64,000 bases of DNA from an uncultured delta proteobacterium. Lineage in GTDB: Bacteria; Desulfobacterota; Desulfuromonadia; Geobacterales; DSM-12255. The notes under the pieces are model-generated. The model saw nothing but the letters and a program-made list of their open reading frames with translations. It was not told where the DNA came from and did no database searches. Positions 50,701 to 61,597 of this stretch are shown here, one piece after another. The stretch's first letter is position 1. Every line of letters starts with the position of its first letter. The stretch covers positions 194,798 through 258,797 of the forward strand of contig CAWBBV010000016.1 in NCBI GenBank assembly GCA_963787125.1. Direction: 5' to 3'. A program made the translations under genes and the position numbers.

Positions 50701-53700
50701 AGCAGAACTGGCAACCCTGTCTGCCCTGGTCGAAGGGGCCGACGATGCTGATCTGCCAAAACTGGCCGGTAACTGGCACCAGAAAAGCGGCTTGGGCAAT
50801 CAGCCGCTGGCCCTCTCTCTGGTTGCCCGCAATCGTGAGGAACTTCTGGCCCTCATTCAGCTCGGCCAGGAAACCGTGCGCTCTGCAGGCGAGCCCCCTG
50901 TCCCTCCTCCGGCGCTGCGCGACCGGCTCTTCTTCTCACCGGCACCACTCGGCGTGGACGCCAGAATAGCTTTTGTCTTCCCTGGCTCCGGAAATCATTT
51001 CGCCACCATGGGGATGGGCCTCTCCTGCCGCTGGCCGGAAATCTATCGCCGCCAGGACAAAAAGAATCTTTACCTGCGGAGTCAATTCCAGCCGGAGATG
51101 TTCTGGAACGGCGCTTCAGCAGAGGCTATGGACCGTGACCACCGGGCTGTCATTTTCGGTCAGGTTGCCACCGGCTGTGCCGTCAGCGACATAGTCCGCA
51201 GTTTCGGGCTGTCACCTTCCGCCGTTATCGGCTACAGCCTGGGAGAATCTGCCGGACTCTTCGCAGCGGGAGCCTGGCAGGCCCGTGACAGTATGCTCCA
51301 ACAGATGTACGCCTCGACCCTGTTTACCGACGATCTTGCCGGTGAGTGCCGCGCCGCAGCACGCGCCTGGGGTCTGCCTGAAGGGAAAAAAGTTGAATGG
51401 CAGATCGGCGTGGTCAGCGCCAATGCCCGCGAGGTCAGACGGGCGATCCGGATGACGACCCGGGTTTATCTGCTGATCGTCAACACTCCCAACGAATGTG
51501 TTATCGGCGGCGATGCCAAAGGGGTCAGAAAAATAGTTGCCATTCTGGGCTGCAGCTTTTTCCCCCTTTCCGGAGTTACCACCGTCCACTGCGAAGTTGC
51601 CCGGGAAGTTGCCGAGCCGTATCGCAACCTTCATCTTTTTCCGACAGATCCGCCTCCCGGGGTGACTTTCTACAGCGGCGCCGAGGGGGGCCCTTTTGAA
51701 GTCAATCGAGAAAGTGCGGCTGACGCCATTCTTGCCCAGGCGCTGGAAGGGATCAACTATCCGGCAGTTATCAACTCGGCCTACAACGACGGGGTACGGA
51801 TATTCCTCGAAATGGGGCCGGGCGCTTCCTGCAGCAGAATGATCGACCAGATTCTGGCGGGACGACCGCACCTGGCCCGCTCAGCCTGTGCCGCTCCTCT
51901 GGACGGTGAGGGGGCGATAGTGCGGCTGCTCGCCAACCTTGCTGCCGAGCGGGTGCCGCTTGACCTCTCCCAGCTCTACACCTCCCCTCTGCGGGATCTT
52001 TCCGCCATGAAAACCGGCGCGTCAGTAGCTGTCGCCACCGGCAGAGGGCCGTTCGCACCACCGACCCCGCCTGCCGGCAGGCAGAAACTGCCACCGCTAA
52101 CTGCCCCGGCTGAAAAAACGCCCGCTGACGGTAGCCTTGGCAAGCGCAGTGAACCGATCAGGATGGAGCCACCGACCTCGCCTACGCAGACACTTCAGCT
52201 GCCGGAAGACCCCCTTATGCGGGAATTCGCCGCCGCCCAGGAAGCAAAACTGCAGGCCCATGCATCATATCTGCAGTTCAGTGACAGCATCAACCGCTCC
52301 ATGGCCCAGGCTCTCTCCATGCAGCTTGCACTGCAACAGGCCCTCGGTTTTGCCCCGGAACAGAGCCTGCCGCCATCTGCACCGGTAAGTGAGCGACCGC
52401 TGCGGGAATGTCTCTTCGATCGCGACCTCTGCTTTGAATTCGCCCGCGGCTCGGTTGCCAGAATGCTCGGCCCTGATTTTGCCGCAGCCGACAGTTTTCC
52501 GACCCGGGTGCGCCTGCCGGATGAGCCGCTCATGCTGGTGGACCGAATAGTTTCCCTGGAGGGTGCAGCGAACTCCATGACCCACGGTCGGGTCGTCACG
52601 GAACACGACATCCACGCCGGACGCCTGGTATCTGGATGGCGGCCGCATCCCGACCTGCATCGCCGTGGAAGCCGGCCAGGCCGACCTCTTTCTTTCCGGC
52701 TATCTCGGCATCGACTTCATCACCAAAGGACTGGCGGTCTACCGGCTGCTCGATGCGGTGGTCACCTTCCATCGCGGCCTTCCCGGACCGGGCGAAATCA
52801 TCAGCTACGACATTCACATCGAACGCTTCTTCCGCCAGGGGGATACCTGGCTGTTCCGCTTTTTCTTCGAAGCGACGGTCAACGGCGAACCGCTCCTCTC
52901 CATGCGCGACGGCTGTGCCGGTTTCTTCTCCGCTGCCGAGCTGGAGGCCGGCAAGGGGATCGTCCGGCCGGCTCTCGACATGCGGCCGACCAGCGGCATT
53001 CGCCCGGCAGACTGGCAGGAGCTGGTGCCGATGACCACGGAGAGCTTCGACGCTGCCCAGCCTTGATCAGCTGCGCAGCGGCGATCTGTCCGGCTGTTTC
53101 GGTGCGCTGTTCTCCGGATTGAAGCTTGATCGCCCCCTGACCATTCCGGGCGGCCGGATGAAGCTTGTCCACCGGGTCATGGAGCTGCAGCCCCGCGGCG
53201 GACGCTACGGCGAAGGCTTCATTCGCGCCGAGGCGGATATCCATCCAGACGACTGGTTCATCACCTGCCACTTTGTCGACGACCGGGTCATGCCCGGCAC
53301 GCTCATGTACGAATGCTGCATGCACACCCTGCGGATCTTCCTGTTGCGGATGGGGTGGGTGGCAGAAGACAAGGGCGCCGTCTGGGAACCGGTTCCAGGG
53401 GTGGCCAGCGGACTGCGCTGCCGCGGCCAGGTGCTGGAAACCACCAGGGTCGTCACCTATGAAGTCTCTATTCGTGAACTCGGCTACCGCCCGGAGCCGT
53501 ATGTAATCTGCGATGCGCTCATGTACGCCGACGGCAAGCCGATTGTCGAGATCACCAACATGTCGGCCAGGTTGACCGGCACGACCAAAGAGCAGCTCCT
53601 GGCCCTGTGGCAACGCTCAACCCCGCTCCCTGTCAAAGAATACCGGAGTGAGGCGGCAGCTTCCAGCGGGCGCAAAGCGGCTCTCTACACCAAAGAACAG

Positions 53701-54756
53701 ATTCTCGCCTACAGTAACGGCAAGCCCTCGGAAGGTTTCGGCGAGCCGTACCGGATCTTCGATGCCGCCAGAAAGATTGCCCGTCTCCCCGGACCGCCGT
53801 TCCAGTTCATGGACCGGGTTACCGCCGTGCAGGGCGAGCCGTGGCAGATGACTGCCGGCGCCATGGCGGAAGCCCAGTACGACCTGCCTGCTGACGCCTG
53901 GTTTTTCGCCGCCGACCGCCAAAAGCGGATGCCTTTCGCCGTCCTGCTGGAAGCCGCGCTGCAACCGTGCGGCTGGCTCGCCGCCTACGTCGGCTCAGCC
54001 CTGCAGAGCCCGACCGACATCTCCTTCCGCAATCTCGGCGGCACAGCGCTGCAGCATCGCGCCGTGACCCCGGCCAGCGGCACCCTCACCTGCAGCGCAA
54101 CCATGAAAAAAGTCGCCACCAGCGGCGGCATGATTATTCAGGAGTTCGACTTCAGTGTGGCTGACAGCACCGGGATTCTCTACGAAGGGGATACCATGTT
54201 CGGCTTCTTCTCCAAAGAGGCGCTCGCCAACCAGGTCGGAATCCGCGATGCCAAACCTTATCAGCTGACACCGGCAGAGGCTGAGCGTAGTCGAAGCCTG
54301 GACTACCCGGCCGGAGCACCTTTCCCGGAAAAACAGCTGCGGATGATCGACCGGATCGAAATGTTCATCCCTGACGGCGGCCCGGCTGGCCTCGGCTATC
54401 TCCGAGGTGTCAAGGATGTCGATCCGGACGAGTGGTTTTTCAAGGCACACTTTTTTGAGGATCCGGTAACCCCCGGCTCCCTTGGGCTGGAATCATTTGT
54501 CCAGCTGCTCAAATTTGCCGCCGTGGAGCGATGGGGCTGGCAGGCAGGCGACACCTTCGAAGCCGCTGCACTGGGGGAAACCCATCGCTGGCTTTATCGC
54601 GGCCAGATCGTCCCGACCAACAGACTGGTGACCGTTGATGCCTGGATTACCGCTGTTGATGACGAATCCCGCACCCTGACCGCCACCGGCTTCCTCGCCG
54701 TAGACGGCAAGACTATCTACCAGATGATCGATTTTACCGTGCGGATAGCGCAATAG
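47765..54756 (+). pseudogene. pfaC: PfaB/C-like protein KS-CLF-AT-DH(FabA)xn; reading frame broken by two +1 insertions (true pseudogene or sequencing error)
   Basis: DAACAS KS, CLF lacking the catalytic Cys, GYSLG AT, FabA-like HF..D..MPG and HFFEDPV.PG; continuity needs one G removed at 52619-20 and one C at 53061-62. Confidence 0.85.
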
Positions 54757-54788
54757 GCTTACAGCTCCGAACTACAACTGAGGTCATA

Positions 54789-56576
54789 ATGGCTAATTTC
54801 TCAGAACGTAAAGTAAGCATCATGCAGATATGTATTGTTTTCTGCGTACCGGTACTGTTGTACCTGCAAACGATTAAATTCGGCTTTAGCGGTTTTGACG
54901 ACAATAGACTGATTCTGACGAATGCAGCGTTTCTCGGCGACATCAAGAATATTGCCAAAGCATTTTCAACCGATGCTTTTATTGATAAGACAACTCCCTT
55001 TTATCGTCCCCTGCAAACGCTGACGTATATGATCGATATCAAGCTGGCGGGGGGCATCAGCGCCGCCATATTTCATCTTACCAATGTAATCTTGCTCGGT
55101 TTCATCTCCTGTTCACTTTTTCTCGTCCTGAAGAAATTTCTGGTCCCCTCTTATTTTGCCATGTCAGCGGCACTGCTTTACTGTGCGCACCCACTTTTCA
55201 TCGCCTCGATTGCCTGGATACCTGCAAGAGGCGATTTACTGCTGACGTTATTCGCTTTATTGTCGTTAATTTTCCTTAGCAACTATCTGCACACAGAAGC
55301 GCCCTTGCAACTGTTCATGCACTGGCTGACCTTCATGCTGGCCCTGTTTTGCAAAGAAACCGCAGCAGTTCTTCCGGCTATTTTTATCGCTTATTATGTT
55401 ATCGTTTTTGACCATAAACCGTTGAAAATCCCCTACCCTGCCGCCATCGCGGGTTATGTTGTCACCGGTTTGCTCTGGTATGGCGTGCGTTCAACAGCCA
55501 TCTTTAATGCACCCAGCGCCAATGCAGTTTTCGGCCTCAAAGCCTTTCTCGCAAATGTCCGGGCCATTCCGGAATCTTTAGCCTCTTTTTTCATCCCTTA
55601 TAACATCGCGCCAATTCCCGGTTTTTCTTCTACCAAAACCATCATTGGCATAGTTATCATTGTGGCCATTGTCACCCTGTTTATTCTCAAGAAGGTCACT
55701 GACAATAAAGCCGGTCTTTTCTGCCTGTGTTGGTTTACCTTTTTGTTACTGCCGACTTTGTTATTTAAACACCACTTGATAGACTATCTGAATCACCGGT
55801 TTCTCCTGCCATTAATCGGGATCCTGATATTTACCTGTCTCAGCATCCCTAAAAAATGGCTCGGAACCGAAGCTACCGGCAGCATCCGGGTATTTTTGCC
55901 GGTAATTCTATTCCTGAGCTATTACACCTTTGTGGCATCTGTGGACTATGCGGATCCAATCTCTTTTTACAGTTCCGCCCTCTCAATGAACCCGAAATCG
56001 GCCTTGGCCTATAACAATAGGGGTAGTTTTAAGGTCAACGGCAATGACCTTAAAAGCGCTATTGACGACTTCAATCAAGCCATACAAATTTACCCGGAAT
56101 ATGAAGAAGCGTTTAACAATAGAGGCGTAGCAAAGCTGATGTCAGGGGACAACACGGGTTCAATTGTTGATTTCGATACTGCCATAACCATAAACAGTTC
56201 TTTTCCCGATCCATACTATCGGCGCGGTATTGCCTATTACAATCTGTTCGCTTACAACCGGGCGATAAGCGATTTCACCTCATACGCGTCCTTGTCAAAA
56301 GTACATTTAGACGAATACAATTATATCGGCAAATCACTTGCGCAGCTCGGCAGCTTTCAGGAGGCGCTCAAATATTTCGATAAAGCCATTGCAATTAATC
56401 CCCGGCACCAGCTGTCTTATATCAATCGCGCCATCGCCAGGTATAATGTGCAGGATTATGCCGGGGTTATTGAAGATTGCGACAAGGGATTAGCTCTGCA
56501 AGCCAATGACATAAATGCCCAAAGTTTAAAAGCTAAAGCCCTGAATAAATTGAAGGAGAGCTCTTTGAGAAGTTGA
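54789..56576 (+). CDS. TMTC/GT-C-like multi-TM protein with C-terminal TPRs
   Basis: FDD, YRPL, HL.N, HP....AWI..R, KE motifs; about 10 TMs; repeated YNNRG TPRs. Confidence 0.8.
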   Translation: MANFSERKVSIMQICIVFCVPVLLYLQTIKFGFSGFDDNRLILTNAAFLGDIKNIAKAFSTDAFIDKTTPFYRPLQTLTYMIDIKLAGGISAAIFHLTNVILLGFISCSLFLVLKKFLVPSYFAMSAALLYCAHPLFIASIAWIPARGDLLLTLFALLSLIFLSNYLHTEAPLQLFMHWLTFMLALFCKETAAVLPAIFIAYYVIVFDHKPLKIPYPAAIAGYVVTGLLWYGVRSTAIFNAPSANAVFGLKAFLANVRAIPESLASFFIPYNIAPIPGFSSTKTIIGIVIIVAIVTLFILKKVTDNKAGLFCLCWFTFLLLPTLLFKHHLIDYLNHRFLLPLIGILIFTCLSIPKKWLGTEATGSIRVFLPVILFLSYYTFVASVDYADPISFYSSALSMNPKSALAYNNRGSFKVNGNDLKSAIDDFNQAIQIYPEYEEAFNNRGVAKLMSGDNTGSIVDFDTAITINSSFPDPYYRRGIAYYNLFAYNRAISDFTSYASLSKVHLDEYNYIGKSLAQLGSFQEALKYFDKAIAINPRHQLSYINRAIARYNVQDYAGVIEDCDKGLALQANDINAQSLKAKALNKLKESSLRS

Positions 56577-56643
56577 CATCAATTCAGAACTCTTCCGTAT
56601 TTTAACCTTTCACCTCCCCACTCCATAATCAAGGAAACCTCTT

Positions 56644-58536
56644 TTGGCACTATTATCTTTACAAAGCATTACCCTCTCCTTCGGCGGGCCGCCGATTTTC
56701 AACGGCATCAATCTTCAGCTGGAGCAGGGCGATCGCCTCTGTCTCATGGGGCGCAACGGTACCGGTAAATCCACCCTGCTTCGCTTAATGGCAGGCGAGC
56801 TCCCCCCGGAAGCCGGGATTATCCAGCGCCAGCAGGGGGTTAAACTTGCTTCGGTCTGGCAGGACATTCCCCAGGATATCAGCGGCACGGTCTTTGATAT
56901 TGTGGCGGCCGGCATGGGCGATGCGGCCAGGCTGCTCTTTGAGTACCATAATCTGGCGCACCGCCTGGCTGTTGAAAGTAATCCGGAACTGCTGGCGGAG
57001 CTGGAAGAGTTGCAGCACCGCCTGGAAGAGAGCGACGGCTGGAACCTGCATCAGGAGGTAGAGCGGCTGCTGGTGCGGCTTGAGCTTGATGGTGAAGCAG
57101 AGTTCAGCGCCCTTTCCGGCGGCACAAAACGGCGCGTACTGCTGGCCAGGGCGCTGGTGTCGTCACCGGACATTCTCCTTCTGGATGAGCCGACCAACCA
57201 TCTGGATATCGACACCATCCTCTGGCTGGAAGAGTTTCTCCTCAAAAGCGTCAAGACGCTGGTCTTTGTTACCCACGACCGGGCGTTTGCCCGCCGTATC
57301 GCCAACCGTACCGCCGAGCTGGACCGGGGGAGAATCTACTCCTTTGCCTGCGGCTATGACGAATTTACCGAACGGCGCGAAGCGCTCCTGGAAGCGGAGA
57401 TCACCCGCATGGCGCTCTTTGACAAGAAACTGGCGGAGGAAGAGGTCTGGATCAGGCAGGGGATAAAAGCCCGCCGCACCAGAAATGAAGGGCGGGTCCG
57501 GGCGCTTAAAGCGCTGCGGGAGGAGTTCGGCCAGCGGCAGAATCGCCAGGGCACGGCAAAGATCCAGCTGCAGACGGCGGCCCGCTCCGGGGCGCTGGTG
57601 ATGGAAGCGGAAAACATCTCCTTTGGCTACAACGGCACGCCGGTCATTGCCGGACTCACCACCACGATCATGCGGGGTGACCGGATCGGCATCATCGGCG
57701 CCAACGGCTCGGGCAAAACCACCCTGCTCAAGCTGCTTCTCGGGGAGCTTACCCCCCAGAGCGGCGAGTTGAAACTCGGCACCAGGCGCGAGGTGCTCTA
57801 TTTTGACCAGATGCGCGAACAGCTTGATCTTGACGCCAGCGTCCAGGAAAATGTCGGCGAAGGGAACGATACGGTCACCATCAACGGCAAGCAGCGCCAT
57901 GTCATCGGCTATCTGCAGGACTTCCTCTTTTCGCCGGAACGGGCGCGGACACCGGTACGGATCCTTTCCGGCGGCGAGCGCAACCGCCTCCTTTTGGCCA
58001 AGCTTTTCACCAAACCGTCAAACATGCTGGTCATGGATGAGCCGACCAACGATCTGGATGCCGAGACCCTGGAGCTGCTGGAGGATCTGTTGAGCGAATA
58101 CTCCGGCACCCTTTTGCTGGTAAGCCATGATCGGGAGTTTCTCAACAACGTGGTGACGGCAACACTGGCTTTCGAGGGTGACGGCCGGGTCAGCGCCAAT
58201 GTGGGGGGCTATGACGACTGGTTGCAAAACGTTGCCCAGAGTAAAGCGCAGCAGAGCGAAGTGAAGACCCCCAAGGAGCAGGCAAGAGCGGAAAAAGAGA
58301 AATCACGGAAACTCTCCTTCAAGGAAGAACGAGAGCTGGCCGCGCTCCCCGAAAAGATTGCCACTCTGGAAGCAGAACAGGCCGGACTGCACGCTCGCCT
58401 GTCAGACCCGGATTTCTACAAAAATGCCGTCGCCCAGTTTACGGTCATCAATGATCGGCTTGCCGCTCTGGAAGAGGAGTTAAAGACGGTTTACAGCCGC
58501 TGGGAAGCGCTGGAGAGCTTGCGGGAGCAGCTTTAA
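56644..58536 (+). CDS. uup: ABC-F ATPase Uup
   Basis: Two ABC domains; WIRQGIKARRTRNEGRVRAL linker; C-terminal KLSFKE coiled coil. Confidence 0.93.
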   Translation: MALLSLQSITLSFGGPPIFNGINLQLEQGDRLCLMGRNGTGKSTLLRLMAGELPPEAGIIQRQQGVKLASVWQDIPQDISGTVFDIVAAGMGDAARLLFEYHNLAHRLAVESNPELLAELEELQHRLEESDGWNLHQEVERLLVRLELDGEAEFSALSGGTKRRVLLARALVSSPDILLLDEPTNHLDIDTILWLEEFLLKSVKTLVFVTHDRAFARRIANRTAELDRGRIYSFACGYDEFTERREALLEAEITRMALFDKKLAEEEVWIRQGIKARRTRNEGRVRALKALREEFGQRQNRQGTAKIQLQTAARSGALVMEAENISFGYNGTPVIAGLTTTIMRGDRIGIIGANGSGKTTLLKLLLGELTPQSGELKLGTRREVLYFDQMREQLDLDASVQENVGEGNDTVTINGKQRHVIGYLQDFLFSPERARTPVRILSGGERNRLLLAKLFTKPSNMLVMDEPTNDLDAETLELLEDLLSEYSGTLLLVSHDREFLNNVVTATLAFEGDGRVSANVGGYDDWLQNVAQSKAQQSEVKTPKEQARAEKEKSRKLSFKEERELAALPEKIATLEAEQAGLHARLSDPDFYKNAVAQFTVINDRLAALEEELKTVYSRWEALESLREQL

Positions 58537-58629
58537 TCAGGGGCGTTATTAGCTGCAAAGTAAGCTGGCAAGGCAGACTCAATCCTGCACCAATCATTGT
58601 TGAACCAGGAGAGACTAATGGAGGTCGGC

Positions 58630-59076
58630 TTGAAATACATAAAATTACGAAAACGTGCACCGGTAATTTTGTTATTGGCCTTCCTTGTTTTGATGTGGGG
58701 TTGCGGAGACGGCGGGAGCTCCGCGCCGAACGCAGTCATCAGCAAAAACGTAGTTTCCTTATCCCCTTTAAGCAGTGGTGAATACGCCGTCCGCGGTGAC
58801 AACATGGAAGGTGCTGCCGGCATCCAACTGAGCATTAGCTATGATAATGCAGCCCTGACTTCGCCCACTGTCACCCAGGGCGATCTCATTTCCGGCGCAA
58901 TGATGGCGTCCAACATAAGCACCCCAGGGATGATTAAACTTGCCGTTATCAGCACTAAAGCATTTTCAGGTAACGGTCAGATCGCTACAATTTCTTTCGC
59001 AGCAATAACTGGATCAGGGAATATTTCAATAACTTCTGTCAAAATGATCGACGTTAAGGGAGCGATAATACTCTGA
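58630..59076 (+). CDS. Lipoprotein with cohesin-like domain
   Basis: Lipobox LMWG-C; AGIQL.ISYD...L and G.GQIA.I.F cohesin-like motifs. Confidence 0.7.
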   Translation: MKYIKLRKRAPVILLLAFLVLMWGCGDGGSSAPNAVISKNVVSLSPLSSGEYAVRGDNMEGAAGIQLSISYDNAALTSPTVTQGDLISGAMMASNISTPGMIKLAVISTKAFSGNGQIATISFAAITGSGNISITSVKMIDVKGAIIL

Positions 59077-59164
59077 CCATAATTTCAGTTTTCTCTTCAC
59101 CAGCTTCACCATATGACTAACTTTTCGTCCGCTCTCGTCAGTGCTGGTGGGGTCAGCCCTTGAC

Positions 59165-60828
59165 GGCCTGTTGCCCAAATTAACTTTCTTGAGAAGTGAG
59201 AGACTCAGCCGTGTAGCGAATCAACTGACATTTATTACACATAGTTTCATGCTCTTTGACAAATCAGCCATAAGTTCAAATTTAGCGGCCAAAAAACAGC
59301 GTCTATTTGCGATATATTTGTCGATTTTACCTTAGTTTCTTCTATGTTCTTGATCTTTATTTCAACTGCTACAGCCGGTTTTGGTTTTGATCCTTGCCTA
59401 ATCAATGTCTGGATATTCTGGATCGCACATGTGAGGTACTCCTGAATCTTCATTTTCCAGAGCCCTCGCCACCTTGCATGGTCAAAGTTATAGCGGGTTG
59501 ACCGGGCAAAGGATCGTTCCATTAGGTGTTGTCTTGTTTTCAGGTCACGCTTGGAGTCGACGGATCGACTCCGTTCACGCATGGTGTTCAATTCATCCTG
59601 GCGCAGATGGCGTTTTACCGTCCGGCCGGTTTTATTCTTGGTGCATTGCTCGCGCAGCTCGCAAGCAGCGCAGACTTTCTTGGGAGCCGCATAATCAGAG
59701 CTTTCTCTTTGCTTGTGCAGGGACTTACGTTTAAGCAGGGTTCCTACCGGACATTTGTATGTGTCGCTTTGCGGATCATAGATAAACTGGTCATCGGTAA
59801 AGATAGAGAGTTTCTTTATTCTCTTAAGCGCTGATAGCTTCAAGTCGGGAATATGCGCCTGAATGCCTTTGTCAAGGCAAGCAAGGAAATTGTCAATAGT
59901 GCCGTATTTGCTGTCTGCCACTACGGTATCTGCCTTGATTCCAGTCGTCGATTCATGTTTCTCAAGAAGCGGCAGCATCAAGTGTGCTTCGTTGATATCT
60001 CCAGGGGCAGCATCTGTTGCAGTGATGACCTCGTTCTTTCCGTCTACGGCACGATGCACTTGATAAGAGAGTTTCGGTTTGCCACGGTTGACTATGGCTG
60101 CATCCGGATCGGTAGTGGAAATGTAGCGGCTGTTCTTCTTCTCATAGTGCCGCGAAGAACAAGTGCTTTCGTTACCTTCTGCCAGACGGGCTTCCAGCTT
60201 CTTGTAGTTATCATGCAACTGGTGCTTCAGATTTTTGGTGTCGATGACGGAGTTGTTGGAGGCATTGGCATCGATGAGACTTGAATCTACAAATATTTTG
60301 CTGCCGTCAATCAGACCGGCCTGACCGCACTGCAAGACAATACGTTCGAAGAAGCTTTGAAATACTGCGACGCCCCACTTTTTTCTGGCTTTGGATAATA
60401 CGCTATGGTTTGGAATTATCGAGTCAAGCTCATAACCCAGGAACCATAGCCAGTCCATACGTTCCGGGAGAGTTTCCATAAGCTCCCGTTCTGAGCGGAC
60501 ATTATAGTAAACCAGCAGGAGCATCAGCTTCAGAATCACGGGAGGGGGTACTGATTCATTGCCATTTTTGCCGTAAAATTTTTTCACTTCCTTGTAAACA
60601 AAGTGAAAGTCGATTATTTCATTTACCTTCCTGAGAGGATGGTTGTTTCTGATGCGCTTATCGAGGTTCACACCGAAGTGAAACAGGCTGTTTTGAGGTT
60701 GTTCTTGAACTCCCATCATGGCTAGACTCCAAGCAGCTAAATATGCTAAAACTATAGCATATTTAGCTAGTTAGGGCTAGTTTTATAGTGTGCGGGTGGT
60801 TAATTTATTGTTGTTTGGGCAACAGGCC
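59165..60828 (-). mobile_element. IS1182-family insertion sequence
   Basis: Terminal IR GGCCTGTTGCCCAAA (59165-79 and 60814-28) around a DDE transposase; the IR extends 16 bp outward into a REP-like palindrome. Confidence 0.85.
59247..60719 (-). CDS. IS1182-family DDE transposase
   Basis: DUF772-like N-terminus (NHPLRKV, P..HS.LS..R), VDSS.I.ANAS, STTDPDA, VADSKYG, Zn-ribbon, R...ER.F. Confidence 0.9.
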   Translation of the reverse strand: MMGVQEQPQNSLFHFGVNLDKRIRNNHPLRKVNEIIDFHFVYKEVKKFYGKNGNESVPPPVILKLMLLLVYYNVRSERELMETLPERMDWLWFLGYELDSIIPNHSVLSKARKKWGVAVFQSFFERIVLQCGQAGLIDGSKIFVDSSLIDANASNNSVIDTKNLKHQLHDNYKKLEARLAEGNESTCSSRHYEKKNSRYISTTDPDAAIVNRGKPKLSYQVHRAVDGKNEVITATDAAPGDINEAHLMLPLLEKHESTTGIKADTVVADSKYGTIDNFLACLDKGIQAHIPDLKLSALKRIKKLSIFTDDQFIYDPQSDTYKCPVGTLLKRKSLHKQRESSDYAAPKKVCAACELREQCTKNKTGRTVKRHLRQDELNTMRERSRSVDSKRDLKTRQHLMERSFARSTRYNFDHARWRGLWKMKIQEYLTCAIQNIQTLIRQGSKPKPAVAVEIKIKNIEETKVKSTNISQIDAVFWPLNLNLWLICQRA

Positions 60829-60845
60829 GTCAAGGGCTGACCCCC

Positions 60846-60976
60846 TCAGATTTTTTCCTCCTCGCGGAGACGCCCTTGCCTTCGGCTAGTACTTGGTTTA
60901 CGCTGTCTCACGACAGTGCTGGATTCACCGTACAGGGGACTTTCACCCCATAAGTTCACGCCCATGACGGGCGTAC
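60846..60976 (-). mobile_element. Group IIC intron 5' fragment (domain I stub) no. 1 in an attC site
   Basis: - strand GTACGCCCGTCATGGGCG...GGGTGAAAGTCCC...TAGCCGAAGGCAAGGGCGTC...ATCTGAGG matches the group IIC 5' architecture. Confidence 0.8.
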
Positions 60977-61044
60977 ACACTCGGCGGCACGCAGTCGTCG
61001 CGGATAAAGCCCCGCGCCGCTGGTGCGCCTCAGAGCCGTTATCG
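60977..61044 (+). other. attC site (left end interrupted by the intron stub)
   Basis: ACAC..GCACGCAG..CGCGG-loop-CCGCG..CTGGTGC..GTTATCG imperfect palindrome. Confidence 0.7.
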
Positions 61045-61089
61045 CATCTGAATGCGAGTCCACTGTCAATTCAATCGGGAGAAAGCTAC

Positions 61090-61464
61090 GTGAAAGCAAT
61101 TCATTATCTTTGGGTTCCACTCCTATTACTTCTCGCCGCGACTGGAGAGGTTTCTGCGCAATCTACCGTTGAGTCTAGGGTGCAGAAGCTAGAAGAGACT
61201 ATTCGGGTACTTGAACGCCGAGTGGCTGATCTTGAAGAGCAGCTACGTGAGCGAAGTGCACCTGCCCCAGTGGCATCTGACAAGGTGAAATGGCGAAAGC
61301 TTAAAAAGGGCATGACTGAAGGCGATGTAGAGAAGCTTCTCGGCAGTCCATTGAAGGTTGATGCATATGGCCCCTTCACCATTTGGCACTACAGCGATCG
61401 ATCTGGAGGGGAAGTCGAATTCGATGGCAGGAGCAACACTGTCAAAGTCTGGCACGAACCATGA
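61090..61464 (+). CDS. Gene-cassette exported protein: coiled coil plus SmpA/BamE-like domain
   Basis: GGAG RBS and GTG; signal peptide; LKKGMT..DV.KLLGSP motif; ends just before an attC. Confidence 0.75.
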   Translation: MKAIHYLWVPLLLLLAATGEVSAQSTVESRVQKLEETIRVLERRVADLEEQLRERSAPAPVASDKVKWRKLKKGMTEGDVEKLLGSPLKVDAYGPFTIWHYSDRSGGEVEFDGRSNTVKVWHEP

Positions 61465-61478
61465 CGCGAAAGGCAGAT

Positions 61479-61547
61479 GTCTAACCACTCGCTCAGGCGG
61501 AGCGCCAACGTCAGGACGCCAGGAGTTGCTTAGCTCGAATGTTAGTC
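61479..61547 (+). other. Intact attC site (69 bp)
   Basis: GTCTAAC (R'') ... GCTCAGGC / GCTTAGC (L boxes) ... GTTAGTC (R'). Confidence 0.8.
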
Positions 61548-61597
61548 GGCGCTACACTATACTAGATATGGGTTAGATGGGAAGGAGCGATTTCAAA

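Noticed and set aside
53119..54756. Stand-alone FabA-like dehydratase gene
   Set aside because: It is the frameshifted continuation of pfaBC; upstream codons in the same frame continue the domain
60916..61089. N-terminal extension of the 182-aa ORF, and ORF 62008..62208
   Set aside because: These translate intron-stub and attC DNA; the real start is GTG 61090 with an RBS and signal peptide
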